Source of the DNA: an uncultured Candidatus Saccharibacteria bacterium
GTDB taxonomy: Bacteria; Patescibacteriota; Minisyncoccia; Phycocordibacterales; UBA9973
Direction of reading: 5' to 3'
Assembly: GCA_964426555.1 (NCBI GenBank)
Contig: CAYRQJ010000002.1
Location: 29,556-93,555 of the forward strand
DNA length: 64,000 nt
Positions 62,810 through 64,000 of the stretch are shown here, one piece after another. Position 1 is the stretch's first letter; each line of letters opens with the position of its first letter. A program made the position numbers and the translations under genes. The notes beneath the pieces were generated by a model that was given only the letters and a program-made list of their open reading frames with translations, made no database searches and had not been told where the DNA came from.

Positions 62810-63751
62810 TTATTCTTCGTCTCCAGCGTCGCCGATTATTCCATTTTGAAAAGCTTCTATAATAGGATCTATTTCCCCCATCATTAATTTAGGTAAATTA
62901 TGCCAAGACATTTTTATGCGGTGGTCAGTCAGTCTATCTTGTGGAAAATTATATGTACGAATCTTTTCACTTCTATCTGCTGTACCAATTTGACTTGCTC
63001 TATCCCCTGCATATTTTGCAGCTTCTTCTTCGTCTTTTTGCATTTGTAGTTTCGCCATTAGCATCTTCATTGCAGTTTCGCGGTTGCCCAGCTGAGTTCT
63101 CTCCATTGTACAGCGTACAGCCATCCCAGACGGCTTGTGGATTAATCTTACGGCAGTTTCTACTTTGTTAACGTTTTGACCACCAGCACCACCAGCACGA
63201 GATGTTTCCATTTCAATATCTGCTGGGTTTATAACAATATTAGTTTTTTTATAAATCGGTAAAACTGCAACTGATGCAGTAGATGTATGGATACGTCCAT
63301 TTTTTTCTGTAAGTGGAATTCGTTGTACGCGGTGTACTCCGGTTTCGTAGCGCATTAGTTTGTATACATCAGTACCACGTAATTGAAAAGTTTCATCATC
63401 AAGTAATTTTACTTGCCAACCTTTTTTACTGGCATATCTTTGATACATGTCCCCCAATTCACGAGCAAAAATTGTAGCTTCGTCTCCACCAGCACCTGCA
63501 CGCAATTCCACTACTACTTCATTTGGAAATTCTTCCTCGGCAGCTTCGGCTTTTTCTATCTCAGTTACTTGATCTTCGATACCTTTAATTTGCATATCAA
63601 TAATTGATAGTTCTTCCACTGCCATGTCTGCCATTTCAGGATTATCATTTATCATTTTTTCTACATCGCCACGCTCGTTCAAAAGCTTCTCGTACTGACG
63701 TGCAAGAAATTCGGTTTTGTAATTCTCTTTTAGTTTTTCAATATCTAACAT
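62810..63751 (-). CDS. prfA: Peptide chain release factor 1
   Basis: [25 protein letters not shown] (PxT), [17 protein letters not shown]; start at ATG 6 nt after TGTTATAAT. Confidence 0.95.
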   Translation of the reverse strand: MLDIEKLKENYKTEFLARQYEKLLNERGDVEKMINDNPEMADMAVEELSIIDMQIKGIEDQVTEIEKAEAAEEEFPNEVVVELRAGAGGDEATIFARELGDMYQRYASKKGWQVKLLDDETFQLRGTDVYKLMRYETGVHRVQRIPLTEKNGRIHTSTASVAVLPIYKKTNIVINPADIEMETSRAGGAGGQNVNKVETAVRLIHKPSGMAVRCTMERTQLGNRETAMKMLMAKLQMQKDEEEAAKYAGDRASQIGTADRSEKIRTYNFPQDRLTDHRIKMSWHNLPKLMMGEIDPIIEAFQNGIIGDAGDEE

Positions 63752-63772
63752 GGTTATATTATAACAAATAAA

Positions 63773-63829
63773 CACCCCCTCTGTCCTTTGGACATCTACC
63801 CCTTGGTAGGGGGAGAAAAAGAGGGGGTG
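63773..63829. repeat. GC-rich branched palindrome (REP-like or terminator)
   Basis: Outer CACCCCCTCT/AGAGGGGGTG stem enclosing GTCC-TTT-GGAC and CTACC/GGTAG hairpins. Confidence 0.65.
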
Positions 63830-63841
63830 CAATTTTTTTAG

Positions 63842-64000
63842 TTATGCCTTTTTCTTTGTAGAAAGTGAAGCGCGTTTCTTGAATTTATCAACACGTCCAG
63901 CAGTATCCAATACTCTTTCTTGTCCAGTATAAAATGGATGTGAGTCTGAAGAAATTTCAACAAAATATGCTGGGTATTCTTGGTTGTCTCCTGCATATTT
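63842..64000 (-). CDS. rpmE: 50S ribosomal protein L31 type B (5' end outside the window)
   Basis: Hand translation ...[36 protein letters not shown]...*. Confidence 0.93.
   Translation of the reverse strand, partial: KYAGDNQEYPAYFVEISSDSHPFYTGQERVLDTAGRVDKFKKRASLSTKKKA

Noticed and set aside
63752-63832. N-terminal extensions in the ORF track (prfA; also rpsU, alaS, 48172 ORF)
   Set aside because: They run through promoter or terminator sequence; the downstream ATG placed 6-7 nt after the -10 box is the better start.

Overview
AT-rich, gene-dense chromosomal window of a reduced-genome bacterium. Inferred to be Patescibacteria/CPR, probably Parcubacteria: it carries CPR-typical families (paired TraD/VirD4-like ATPases, long Cys-rich proteins, PaaX/Cas2-like regulator, short AlaRS), retains L9 and reads in standard code 11. 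Most genes are housekeeping: ftsZ/ftsA, mreB, frr, rseP, typA, mltG, mnmA, alaS, dnaK/dnaJ, cysS, murG, gltX, ribosomal proteins, a full F1Fo ATP synthase operon behind tRNA-Ile(GAU), and prfA. The main unexplained signal is a ~120-bp element in three diverged copies (4671-4790, 49814-49933, 53562-53679), each sitting exactly at the start codon of a core gene (mreB, rplI, rsmI). Each has 13-bp terminal inverted repeats with compensatory changes, and its last base supplies the A of the host ATG. Two copies show a 4-bp duplication of the original start. Each carries a small ORF ending ...CF* whose stop lies 4 nt before the host ATG. Also seen: a four-helix-bundle gene bracketed by inverted 7-nt-periodic TAG/CTA repeats, a duplicated gene 5' end with a related mini-hairpin, and widespread leaderless-type promoters. 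No CRISPR array, transposase, integrase or reverse transcriptase was recognised. All calls are by eye, without database searches.
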